NCBI GenBank assembly: GCA_018221105.1
Contig: JAAOYA010000008.1
Location: 64,648-128,647, forward strand
Direction: 5' to 3'
Source: Candidatus Woesearchaeota archaeon
Lineage (GTDB): Archaea; Nanobdellota; Nanobdellia; Woesearchaeales; JAAOYA01
Length of the DNA stretch: 64,000 bases
The notes below the pieces were generated by a model. That model saw only the letters and a list, made by a program, of their open reading frames with translations. It had not been told where the DNA came from and searched no databases. The number at the start of each line of letters is the position of its first letter. Position 1 is the first letter of the stretch. Positions 1 to 7,898 of this stretch are shown here, piece after piece. Made by a program: the position numbers and the translations under genes.

Positions 1-73
1 TTCGCAAAACAGCAAATAAAATCATAAGAACTACAAAAAATCCTACTGCAATAATGATTAATGTGTTGACCAC
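1..73 (-). CDS. N-terminus of a membrane or secreted protein running off the window edge
   Basis: Minus-strand frame VVNTLIIIAVGFFVVLMILFAVLR is open to position 1 and forms a hydrophobic helix; GTG at 73 (in-frame TTG at 91). Confidence 0.35.
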   Translation of the reverse strand, partial: MVNTLIIIAVGFFVVLMILFAVLR

Positions 74-138
74 TGTTATTCCCTTAAGCAAACGAGTATT
101 GGTTGATTATTTAAAGCTTATTATTTTAAGAAAACAAG

Positions 139-153
139 CGAAAGGTTTATAAA
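139..153 (+). promoter_or_regulatory. Archaeal BRE-TATA promoter of the GGDEF gene
   Basis: CGAAAGG-TTTATAAA about 38 nt upstream of ATG 191. Confidence 0.55.
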
Positions 154-190
154 CAAACAAAGCTTTCTTTGTCACTAAAGAGTGGTTAAA

Positions 191-904
191 ATGAGTTTTA
201 GAGAAAAGCAAGAAAGACAAGAGTACGCACTAAGAATGCTATCAGGACAGCTAAACTTTGAGCGAAGGAAAGAAGTAGAAAAAGATGAAAGAATAAACGA
301 ATTAGAAGCTTACGTCACAGAACTAGAACCAAAAGTAGGCATTAACCCTATATCAAAAATCGCAAACATAAGAGGTTATGAAGAAACTCTCGAAAAATTA
401 ATTGACACTTACAATGTTGTAGATACCGAAGAAAAAAGAAGATCAACAGACAAAACACAAGAATCAAAAACTTTCGCAGTTGTAGCAGCAGACATTGTAA
501 AACTAAAACACATAAATGACACTTACGGCAGAACTGCAGGAGGCGATACTGCAATAAGACAAGTTGCAGAAACAGCTAAAGAAAAATTAAGAGCTAATGA
601 TTCGGCATTTAGTCCTTCAGGAGACGAATTCTATTTTATTATTGACAATATACCAACAGGAGAACAAGGACGCGCGCAAGCTGACAAAATAGTAAGAGAC
701 AGGATTAAAAAATGGCTCGATAACAATCCTTTAAAACTTGAAAGAATAACAGAAGATCGAAAAGGAGAAATTGACGATGTCAAAGTACAAATCCATCATG
801 GGATAGCAATTTACGAGCCAACAATGACAGCAGAACAAATTACAGCCTTAGCTGACGCAGAATTAGACAAAGCACAAGACGAAGCACAAAACCCTTACTC
901 ATAA
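191..904 (+). CDS. GGDEF (diguanylate cyclase-like) domain protein with N-terminal coiled coil
   Basis: ADIVKLKHINDTYGRTAGGD, then RAND-x5-SGDEF, then C-terminal GIA...ADAEL; ATG 191 preferred over GTG 182. Confidence 0.8.
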   Translation: MSFREKQERQEYALRMLSGQLNFERRKEVEKDERINELEAYVTELEPKVGINPISKIANIRGYEETLEKLIDTYNVVDTEEKRRSTDKTQESKTFAVVAADIVKLKHINDTYGRTAGGDTAIRQVAETAKEKLRANDSAFSPSGDEFYFIIDNIPTGEQGRAQADKIVRDRIKKWLDNNPLKLERITEDRKGEIDDVKVQIHHGIAIYEPTMTAEQITALADAELDKAQDEAQNPYS

Positions 905-1285
905 TTATTCTATTAGAACACCACTAACAACAGTTGTTTGACCAGGACGACTAGTTATCTTTGCTTTACCCTTATCAGTCTCAACAATAGTGCCCTTAGT
1001 TAAAATATTACGTCGAACAAAATGCCTGTTAGCAGGGTTCTCAACAACAGTTTTAATCAATGCTTTAACAATCTTTTTAGTTTTAGGATTGAAAATATTA
1101 ATACTGTTTTCAGAAAGTAACTTACTTTTTTTATTAGCTCCGCCAGTGCGAACACTTTTAGCTTTACGCTCTCCAACCTTAGTGTGAACAGGCGCTCGAC
1201 CAGCCTCATAAGCTCTCTTTAAACTACGAACTTTGTAGCGACCACCGCTAGCCTTACGCTTTGATTTTGATTGTATAATAACCAT
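905..1285 (-). CDS. rps8e: 30S ribosomal protein S8e
   Basis: SKRKASGGR, VENPANRHFVRRNILTKGTIVET, ITSRPGQ motifs. Confidence 0.97.
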   Translation of the reverse strand: MVIIQSKSKRKASGGRYKVRSLKRAYEAGRAPVHTKVGERKAKSVRTGGANKKSKLLSENSINIFNPKTKKIVKALIKTVVENPANRHFVRRNILTKGTIVETDKGKAKITSRPGQTTVVSGVLIE

Positions 1286-1348
1286 AGAAACGATGTGAAT
1301 AGCGGTTTATTTATAAAGTTTTTCATGAAAAAAGAGTAAAAGAGTCAA

Positions 1349-1831
1349 TCAAATTAAATCAATTTGTTCATACTTTGGCTCTTCTACAACATTAAATAAT
1401 TCAAGCTCATCAATAAAGTCAGGAATATAACTTTTAATTTCTTTAACAATACTATTTAGATGGTGAGTGTCTTCATAAATAAAAGAACAGTAAAAATCGT
1501 ATTTTCCAATTAGTTTTGATATATAAGTTACAAATTCATTAGCAACCATTTTTTGCTGAAACTTTTTCTTACTATCTTCTCCAGCTTTCACTCTAATCAA
1601 TAAAGAAGCAATATTAGGATACCCTAAAGATACAGGATCAATTATCGGTATTATATTCAAAATCACTTTTTCTTTTTTTAATTTTTTTAAACGTCTTGCA
1701 ATACTATCTCTTTGTAAGCCAGTAGTTTTTGCTAATTGAGAAATACTCATTCTTCCATCTTGAGTAAGAGCTTTCAGTATTTTTTTATCTTTAGAGTCTA
1801 TTAGCATTTTATTATATTTTTTTGAATCCAT
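1349..1831 (-). CDS. Lrp/AsnC family transcriptional regulator
   Basis: IDSKDKKILKALTQDGRMSISQLAK HTH plus RAM domain (LIGKYDF); start refined to ATG 1831. Confidence 0.9.
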   Translation of the reverse strand: MDSKKYNKMLIDSKDKKILKALTQDGRMSISQLAKTTGLQRDSIARRLKKLKKEKVILNIIPIIDPVSLGYPNIASLLIRVKAGEDSKKKFQQKMVANEFVTYISKLIGKYDFYCSFIYEDTHHLNSIVKEIKSYIPDFIDELELFNVVEEPKYEQIDLI

Positions 1832-1958
1832 AATATTATTATTATTTAAGCCATTATTTATATATTTTTTGCTTATTATAAGCCTTTTTTTAAGCAAGTT
1901 GTTAAATAATACGTAACTATTACTCTTTAGTAGTTGCTAAAAACGCGGAGGTAAAAAA

Positions 1959-2162
1959 ATGAAACTAGAAAAACAACTAGCGGCTATTGAACAAGCAAAA
2001 CAGCTTGAAGAAGTCTACCAAAAAGACCCTGTAGCGGATTTAAGATATAAGCTCGATACAGCGTATTTTTCAGCAAGACGATGCGGTTTAACACACGAAG
2101 AAGCTGCAGCAGAAACAGTGCTTCATACAAGGAAACCTGGAGAAAGCAAAAGTAGAAGATAA
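1959..2162 (+). CDS. Small hypothetical protein
   Basis: 67 aa ORF with GGAGGT RBS upstream, divergent from the Lrp gene. Confidence 0.65.
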   Translation: MKLEKQLAAIEQAKQLEEVYQKDPVADLRYKLDTAYFSARRCGLTHEEAAAETVLHTRKPGESKSRR

Positions 2163-2172
2163 ATTATTTCTT

Positions 2173-3993
2173 TTATTTTATTAGTTTCTTAGCCTCTATA
2201 AATGTTGCAGCACTCCAAGCTTGCGCTGGACAACCAAAAGGCTCATAGTTTAGGGCGCTAGAAATTTCAGAAGCATGACCAATGCCAAAATTATAGAGTA
2301 AGTCTTCCTCGCTAGCAAAGAGCAATTGTTTGATTTCTTTTTTGAACTTGCGAGCGTTTACCGATTGCAATGCAATTGCAGCTATGTTGTTTACGAAAAA
2401 CCAGTTGTCGCCACGATGATAACTCTCATCATCGCCTCCAGTGTGCTCTGTGCGAAATAATAAGCTAGACTTGTCAATAGTCGCTAGTCCTCCTTTATTT
2501 TTATCCCACTGACACCACAATTTTGGCAAAGCATTAACAAATATTTTTTGCCATTCTTTTTTTGTTAAGAGTTCTGGAAGCGCATAACACGCTAAGAAAA
2601 TGTTAGGCCTGATAGTGTCGTCTCCTTCACCATCAAAAAGGTTTTTGCCATCAAAAAAAGTTTTCTTAAAAGTTGCCACGTGTTCAACTAGAACTTTTTG
2701 ATAACGCGTGCCTTGATTGTCATTGCCCATTAACAGGTTAAGCTTTGATAATAATTTAAATGCGTTAAACGCTAGTGCATTAATTTCTACGCGAGCGCCA
2801 AGTCGAGGGTCTAAATCACCTCTTGTGTCCATCCAACTTTCTTGCGGACTGCTAATAAAAAGTCCTCTAGTGTAATGATTGTGCATTAAACGTTTTATTG
2901 AATAACTGATTGTTCCTTCAATAAACACTAAGTCAGTCATAGGAAGATGTGTTTCCACTAATTTTTTTTCTTCTAGCATGCTAACATAATCGTAGAGTCT
3001 TTTGTATAACCATCCAATACCATCACTACTTGCTAAATCAGCATGCGGTAAACGATTAGGTATTCTACCATCAGGTTGCACTGCTCTCAAATACTTAAAC
3101 AGCACTTCTTTTGCAACAGAATATTTTTCTTGCAGCATTAAAGCTTTCAAACTTATTAATTCATCACGTGTCCAATAATGAAAAAACCATGGCAGGCCAG
3201 CAAAAATTCCGCGACCAACTCCTGGCATGTCTTGTACTAAATCATACAAGCTTTTTTTTGCTATTATTGTGCTAAAATCTTTTTCTGAAGTGGTCAATCT
3301 TTCTACTCTTCGCTCTTGTAAGTGCTTGTGAGTGTCAAGCATTCTAAAAATGTTTGTCGCCTGGTTTTCTGCAGTTTCCAAATCTGTTGAAGCTGCAAAA
3401 ACAATCAGTGAATCATTTTCTAAATTAAAACGCAAAGCACGATAAACCCACCACGCCATGTTCTCACCGCGGGTCTCATCAAATGAGTAGTCAGCAGGCT
3501 CCCACACGCCATTAAAAACATGTTTGAGGTTGGTCATAATGACTAAGAAGAACCCGCGACACTCAATTATAATTTTATTATCCTGATGAGACCTATTATA
3601 AACTCTTCCTGTTGTAGAAAAATCATAAATAGAACGCATATCCAATACTAAGTCTAGTGTTTGATTAACAGCATTTTTTGCTTGATAACTAAAAGCTCCA
3701 ATATCCTTTGGCATGAAAAAAGTTTCTTCAAAAGTGCCGTTCAGTGTCACTTGCGTTAATTCGTTGGTAACACTTTCTACTTTATTTGAAGAATCTAATC
3801 GATCAATAATTTTTGCCAAATCCCAACCATCAACAGTTGGCAGCGGTATGTGAAAACCTTGAAATTTTGATTGTTGCAATCCTAAAGATTGCATAAAATA
3901 AGCCCCTGTTTTATTTGAAAGAATACTAAAAAGCTTTTTCTCACCTACCTCTTTTTGAAGGGAGAACTTGCCAAATCTGTGACCAACCCTCAT
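2173..3993 (-). CDS. Amylo-alpha-1,6-glucosidase / glycogen debranching enzyme (GH133-like)
   Basis: AGLPWF..WTRDELISL, GRIPN, SWMD..PR.G..VEINAL, RPN, YHRGDNW, GCPAQAWSAA. Confidence 0.9.
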   Translation of the reverse strand: MRVGHRFGKFSLQKEVGEKKLFSILSNKTGAYFMQSLGLQQSKFQGFHIPLPTVDGWDLAKIIDRLDSSNKVESVTNELTQVTLNGTFEETFFMPKDIGAFSYQAKNAVNQTLDLVLDMRSIYDFSTTGRVYNRSHQDNKIIIECRGFFLVIMTNLKHVFNGVWEPADYSFDETRGENMAWWVYRALRFNLENDSLIVFAASTDLETAENQATNIFRMLDTHKHLQERRVERLTTSEKDFSTIIAKKSLYDLVQDMPGVGRGIFAGLPWFFHYWTRDELISLKALMLQEKYSVAKEVLFKYLRAVQPDGRIPNRLPHADLASSDGIGWLYKRLYDYVSMLEEKKLVETHLPMTDLVFIEGTISYSIKRLMHNHYTRGLFISSPQESWMDTRGDLDPRLGARVEINALAFNAFKLLSKLNLLMGNDNQGTRYQKVLVEHVATFKKTFFDGKNLFDGEGDDTIRPNIFLACYALPELLTKKEWQKIFVNALPKLWCQWDKNKGGLATIDKSSLLFRTEHTGGDDESYHRGDNWFFVNNIAAIALQSVNARKFKKEIKQLLFASEEDLLYNFGIGHASEISSALNYEPFGCPAQAWSAATFIEAKKLIK

Positions 3994-4034
3994 AAGTTAA
4001 CAAAAATCACAGTCAGATTTTATAAAGCTTTTCG

Positions 4035-5465
4035 TTAGCTGACAAGTATTTTAGCGGTTCGCTCATCTTTAAGCTCTGCGTAATGCGTCTCAAGCACTTC
4101 TACTAGTATACCATTGATTTCTTCTGCTTGTCCTACAATGATAGGATCGCTAGTGACATCGCCAACAGTTACTACTACCTCGTCTTCGCCTACATTAACT
4201 AATGTTATTGTTCGCTCATTAAAAATTACTTCTTGGCCAATACCCAGTAAAAAGTCTTCTGTTACTGGTTCTTGATTTAAGCATTCGTCAGTCAGCGCTA
4301 ATAACAATTTTGCTTTACGCTCTGTAGACATGTCAGCATAATAAGTGTCAAGAACTGTCACTTTGACACACCCAATAATTTCAGATTCTCCTTCTCTAGG
4401 ATCTCCTTTGAATTCATCAACTGAAATCAGTGTCCACCCGTCACTGCCAACATTTTCGAGTTCTACCACGTGCTCTCCAACACTTGTTGTTTGATCAGTA
4501 TACAAGTAAATTGTTTCTTGAGAACTGTATTCTTTGCAAGCTCCCTCAACACAACCATAATCACAAGTGTACTCTTGTTTTGCTACTGTGCCATCGTCTG
4601 TGCAGTATTGTTCAAGTAACACATTGTACTCGCACTCATCATAATATTTTACTTCATCATAAATGACTTTTCCTGTAGTATAATAATTTTTTGAGCCATC
4701 ACTATCCCAACAAGTTGGTTCTTCTTTGCCCTCAAAGTGCTCTGCTATAACTTTTATTGGATTACTATAAACTTTTCCTTCGTACGTCAGGACAGTTATA
4801 GAATAATAGTTAAACTCCCCTCGTATTTGATCATTGAAAGCAGTTTTATCCCTATTAGTTATGTACGAAACATATTTTTGCTCTGGGTATTTTGGCCATT
4901 CAACCTCATTAGACCATACTACTTTGTAACCTTCAAAACCTGGACAAGTGTAAGGACTCCACTCTAAAAGCACTTGTTCTTCGTAAGCTTTACCAGCCAA
5001 TTCAACAGTATCTTCACAATCTAGAGCGTTTTCAAGCTCTTCTTTAAAATCTGGTTTATCAACATCATAATCTTTTTCAGGGTAATCTTTATCAGCATCA
5101 TATCCTTCATCTTCATAATCTTGTTTTGGCGCGCTTTGCCGACCAACTTTTTTTAAACAAACAATTTCCTGGCTTTGCGTGTCAATATACGAGTAAATTT
5201 CAAGACCAGATGTCACGTCAGTCATTGTAATCTTATAGTGAGACTTATTTTCTAAACTTATAGCGCACAACTCTTGAACAACACCATTCTCTAGCATACT
5301 TTGAGTGGCTGTTAGCCGTGCAACTGTTACGTCAGCATCAGGGTATTGGTCAAGAAAATCTTTGACTTGAGAGTTAGCCTTGAGTATTGTTAAAGGATCC
5401 ATAGGACCACAACTTACCAAAAACATTGCCGTCAAAATTGTTAGTAGCACAAAAAGTTTTTTCAT
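4035..5465 (-). CDS. Surface lipoprotein with FN3-like, Cys-rich and duplicated C-terminal beta domains
   Basis: Lipobox LVSC; C.DSDG..YYT.G...C.YGC.EGAC module; two similar C-terminal repeats ending YYAD/HYAE..ER.AK. Confidence 0.7.
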   Translation of the reverse strand: MKKLFVLLTILTAMFLVSCGPMDPLTILKANSQVKDFLDQYPDADVTVARLTATQSMLENGVVQELCAISLENKSHYKITMTDVTSGLEIYSYIDTQSQEIVCLKKVGRQSAPKQDYEDEGYDADKDYPEKDYDVDKPDFKEELENALDCEDTVELAGKAYEEQVLLEWSPYTCPGFEGYKVVWSNEVEWPKYPEQKYVSYITNRDKTAFNDQIRGEFNYYSITVLTYEGKVYSNPIKVIAEHFEGKEEPTCWDSDGSKNYYTTGKVIYDEVKYYDECEYNVLLEQYCTDDGTVAKQEYTCDYGCVEGACKEYSSQETIYLYTDQTTSVGEHVVELENVGSDGWTLISVDEFKGDPREGESEIIGCVKVTVLDTYYADMSTERKAKLLLALTDECLNQEPVTEDFLLGIGQEVIFNERTITLVNVGEDEVVVTVGDVTSDPIIVGQAEEINGILVEVLETHYAELKDERTAKILVS

Positions 5466-5581
5466 AGTCTCACCTTGTTTTATACTATTAACAACTTTTT
5501 AGCATTAATCGTATATAAACTTAATCATTAACAATAAACTTTATATATCACGACAGGAACTTATACTAAAAAGAGGTCAAA

Positions 5582-5887
5582 ATGAAGTTTTATCGAAAGT
5601 ACAATCTTTTTGAAAAATTATTATTATTTATAGGATTCTTCGTGGCAATATTTGGTTATTGGATGATTAACACACAATTAAAAATCGAAGGTTACAGTTG
5701 GTTTGCAATGATAACAATCTTTTTATGGCTAAACCTATTAATAATGATAATACTAGCTGCAACTGGTGAAAACCAAAAAGAAGAATTATCAATAGTCATC
5801 AAAGAACAACGCGAAGAAGTACGAATTCTAAAAGAAATAGCTTACGAACAATTAGAAGAACTAAAACTACTAAGAACAAAAAAGTAA
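5582..5887 (+). CDS. Small two-TM membrane protein with coiled-coil tail
   Basis: Two hydrophobic segments; GAGGT RBS; TATA box upstream. Confidence 0.75.
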   Translation: MKFYRKYNLFEKLLLFIGFFVAIFGYWMINTQLKIEGYSWFAMITIFLWLNLLIMIILAATGENQKEELSIVIKEQREEVRILKEIAYEQLEELKLLRTKK

Positions 5888-5888
5888 G

Positions 5889-5912
5889 TGGGACTGCGAA
5901 GATTTAGAACCC
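5889..5912 (-). repeat. Degenerate copy of the tRNA-Pro 3' end (att-like remnant)
   Basis: TGGGACTGCGAAGATTTAGAACCC versus tRNA TGGGACTGCGAGGATTT-GAACCC (5982-6004): one mismatch, one indel. Confidence 0.75.
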
Positions 5913-5981
5913 ATCTTTTACAAAAAGCTGGACCAAAAGAATATTATGGGACGTTAGCAAGTAATGCTAAGCCCCATTCTA

Positions 5982-6054
5982 TGGGACTGCGAGGATTTGA
6001 ACCCCGGTTGCACGGCCCCCAGCCGTGAATGATACCAAACTACACTACAGTCCC
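5982..6054 (-). tRNA. tRNA-Pro(GGG), intronless
   Basis: GGGACTG/CAGTCCC acceptor stem, CACGG-CT-GGG-GG-CCGTG anticodon arm, GGTTCAAATCC T arm. Confidence 0.95.
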
Positions 6055-6111
6055 AAGACTATGAAGAATTAGCAGTGTATTAAAAAAATTAACTAAAAAA
6101 AAGAAAAAAAA

Positions 6112-6309
6112 TTATTTTTTCGTTGGTAGTTTGCAACAGTCTTTGCAAAACTGTACGTGCAAACCAATTGTTAGCAGCATCACAGCAAAGAAGAACTCAA
6201 TGTTTAGCCAGCTTGCAAAAATGTCAAAAGACATTAACAAAAGCAATACTCCAGCTAAAATAAAAATACATCCTTTATGTTTTTTCATGTCCATATCACT
6301 CACCTCCAT
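6112..6309 (-). CDS. Small two-TM membrane protein
   Basis: Two hydrophobic helices and a C-terminal CxxCC; start may lie downstream of the GGAGGTGA RBS. Confidence 0.65.
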   Translation of the reverse strand: MEVSDMDMKKHKGCIFILAGVLLLLMSFDIFASWLNIEFFFAVMLLTIGLHVQFCKDCCKLPTKK

Positions 6310-6326
6310 TTACTTTTTTAAGTGTT

Positions 6327-6515
6327 TTATTGTAGTATATTTAACATTTTATTTGCATTCATAATATGTTTTTGTTCGTCATTTACAATGCCTGAGATTA
6401 CGCTTTTTATTTTTTCATTTTTAATCTCTTCAATAATCTTTGTGTAAGTGTCAAGCACTGCTTTTTCAGCATTTAATAAATCAGTAAATAATTCCATTAT
6501 TGCATCAGAGTTCAT
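6327..6515 (-). CDS. Ferritin/rubrerythrin-like helix-hairpin (half bundle)
   Basis: LNAEKAVLDTY...IVNDEQKH (E...ExxH). Confidence 0.7.
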   Translation of the reverse strand: MNSDAIMELFTDLLNAEKAVLDTYTKIIEEIKNEKIKSVISGIVNDEQKHIMNANKMLNILQ

Positions 6516-6735
6516 ACTTATCACTTTTTATATCATTAATAAGATCTTCGAGAATTTTTTGGTGTTTTCTAGTGTCTGAAATGTTTTCAGCCAATAATTT
6601 TTTTATTTTTTCATATTTTTCTGCCGATAAACTTTTTAACAATTCCCATATGCTATCATCGTCATATTTCAATATGAAATCGTCTTCCCAATATTTTGTA
6701 TTCTCCAATTGTTCAATAAGTTCCTGTTTATTCAT
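6505..6735 (-). CDS. Ferritin-like helix-hairpin (degenerate half bundle)
   Basis: KYWED...ISDTRKHQKILEDL; overlaps the downstream partner gene. Confidence 0.6.
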   Translation of the reverse strand: MNKQELIEQLENTKYWEDDFILKYDDDSIWELLKSLSAEKYEKIKKLLAENISDTRKHQKILEDLINDIKSDKYEL

Positions 6736-6794
6736 TTTGTTTTATTCTCAGCCCTTGCTAAAAACATCAAGTGTTTCGTGTTGGAAAAATATTT

Positions 6795-7853
6795 TTAAAC
6801 TTTTACTGTTAAACGCTTTGCTTTTGGGGTGATATCAAAAAGTTTTCTGCGATCCACAATGCCAGCGTCTTTAACACCGCCCTTTTTTTTGAGTTTTGGT
6901 ATCATAGTGCGCAATCTTGACATTGAAATTTTTGTCGCTCGTGAAATTCTTAAGTAATCACTAGCTCCAGTGTTTAACAAGTAACGTAATACTTTTTGCT
7001 CTATTGGATTGTATAATCTTTCAAATGCTCCAATTCCTTTAGCGGTTGCTGTTTTTGACTTAGCAACTTTTTGTTCTACTACAACAATATTATGATAATC
7101 TAATATTTCTTTAGCGCCGTGATATGATATTTTATAATCATCATTGAGTACTGGGTTATGCTCTTTGAATTTGCGGTGGTGAAAATCAAAAATCAAATCA
7201 GCATATTCTAATAATCGTCGTGGATTGCCGCCTGAAACTTCTATTAACAAATCAACAGTTTCGGGGGACAGTTTTTTGTAAAAATTAGTTTTTTCTTTTT
7301 TGTTGTCTAGGCGCGTTGAAAGCATTGTTTTTAATTCTTCATCATCAAGGCTTCGAAGTCGCACCATTCTATTGCCTAATCGTTCTTTAAAACTGTCTGT
7401 AACATTTAATAATCTTGGACTAATTTGTGCTATTACAATACTGCGAATTTTTCTGATGTTAGGATTCTCCCAACTTGAACGCGCTTGCAACACAATGTTT
7501 TTGTCAGTGTCTTGAAACTCATCGATTATTAGCACTGGTTGTTTTGTTGGAAACTTTTTTAGTGTAATTCGATCAAAAAAACCTCTTTTTTTGCTCAGTT
7601 CTTGCTCTAAACTGAAATCTTTTGGCAAGTCGTGAGCGTCTAAGTATATGAACTTATGATTTTTTAGTTCTTTTTGAAGTTTTTTTAGCATTGAAGTCTT
7701 GCCACTACCGGTTAAACCGTTTAGAAAACAAATTTCTTCTTTTAGAATATGATTTCTTACTTTATCAAATTCATTATTCAAACCGACAAGTGTTGGGTTT
7801 GGTCTAATATCTAAAGGATTGTCTTTAAAGCCTAATGTTGCAAACCAACTCAT
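6795..7853 (-). CDS. AAA+ ATPase with C-terminal winged-helix
   Basis: Walker A GLTGSGKT, Walker B LIIDE, sensor-II SGGNPR, C-terminal HTH. Confidence 0.85.
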   Translation of the reverse strand: MSWFATLGFKDNPLDIRPNPTLVGLNNEFDKVRNHILKEEICFLNGLTGSGKTSMLKKLQKELKNHKFIYLDAHDLPKDFSLEQELSKKRGFFDRITLKKFPTKQPVLIIDEFQDTDKNIVLQARSSWENPNIRKIRSIVIAQISPRLLNVTDSFKERLGNRMVRLRSLDDEELKTMLSTRLDNKKEKTNFYKKLSPETVDLLIEVSGGNPRRLLEYADLIFDFHHRKFKEHNPVLNDDYKISYHGAKEILDYHNIVVVEQKVAKSKTATAKGIGAFERLYNPIEQKVLRYLLNTGASDYLRISRATKISMSRLRTMIPKLKKKGGVKDAGIVDRRKLFDITPKAKRLTVKV

Positions 7854-7898
7854 ACAATTTACTCTAGAATAATAGTATTTAAAAGTATCTAATAGTCT

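Noticed and set aside
6795-7853. Orc1/Cdc6 with a replication origin
   Set aside because: Lacks recognisable Cdc6 motifs, and flanking intergenic gaps are too short to hold ORB repeats
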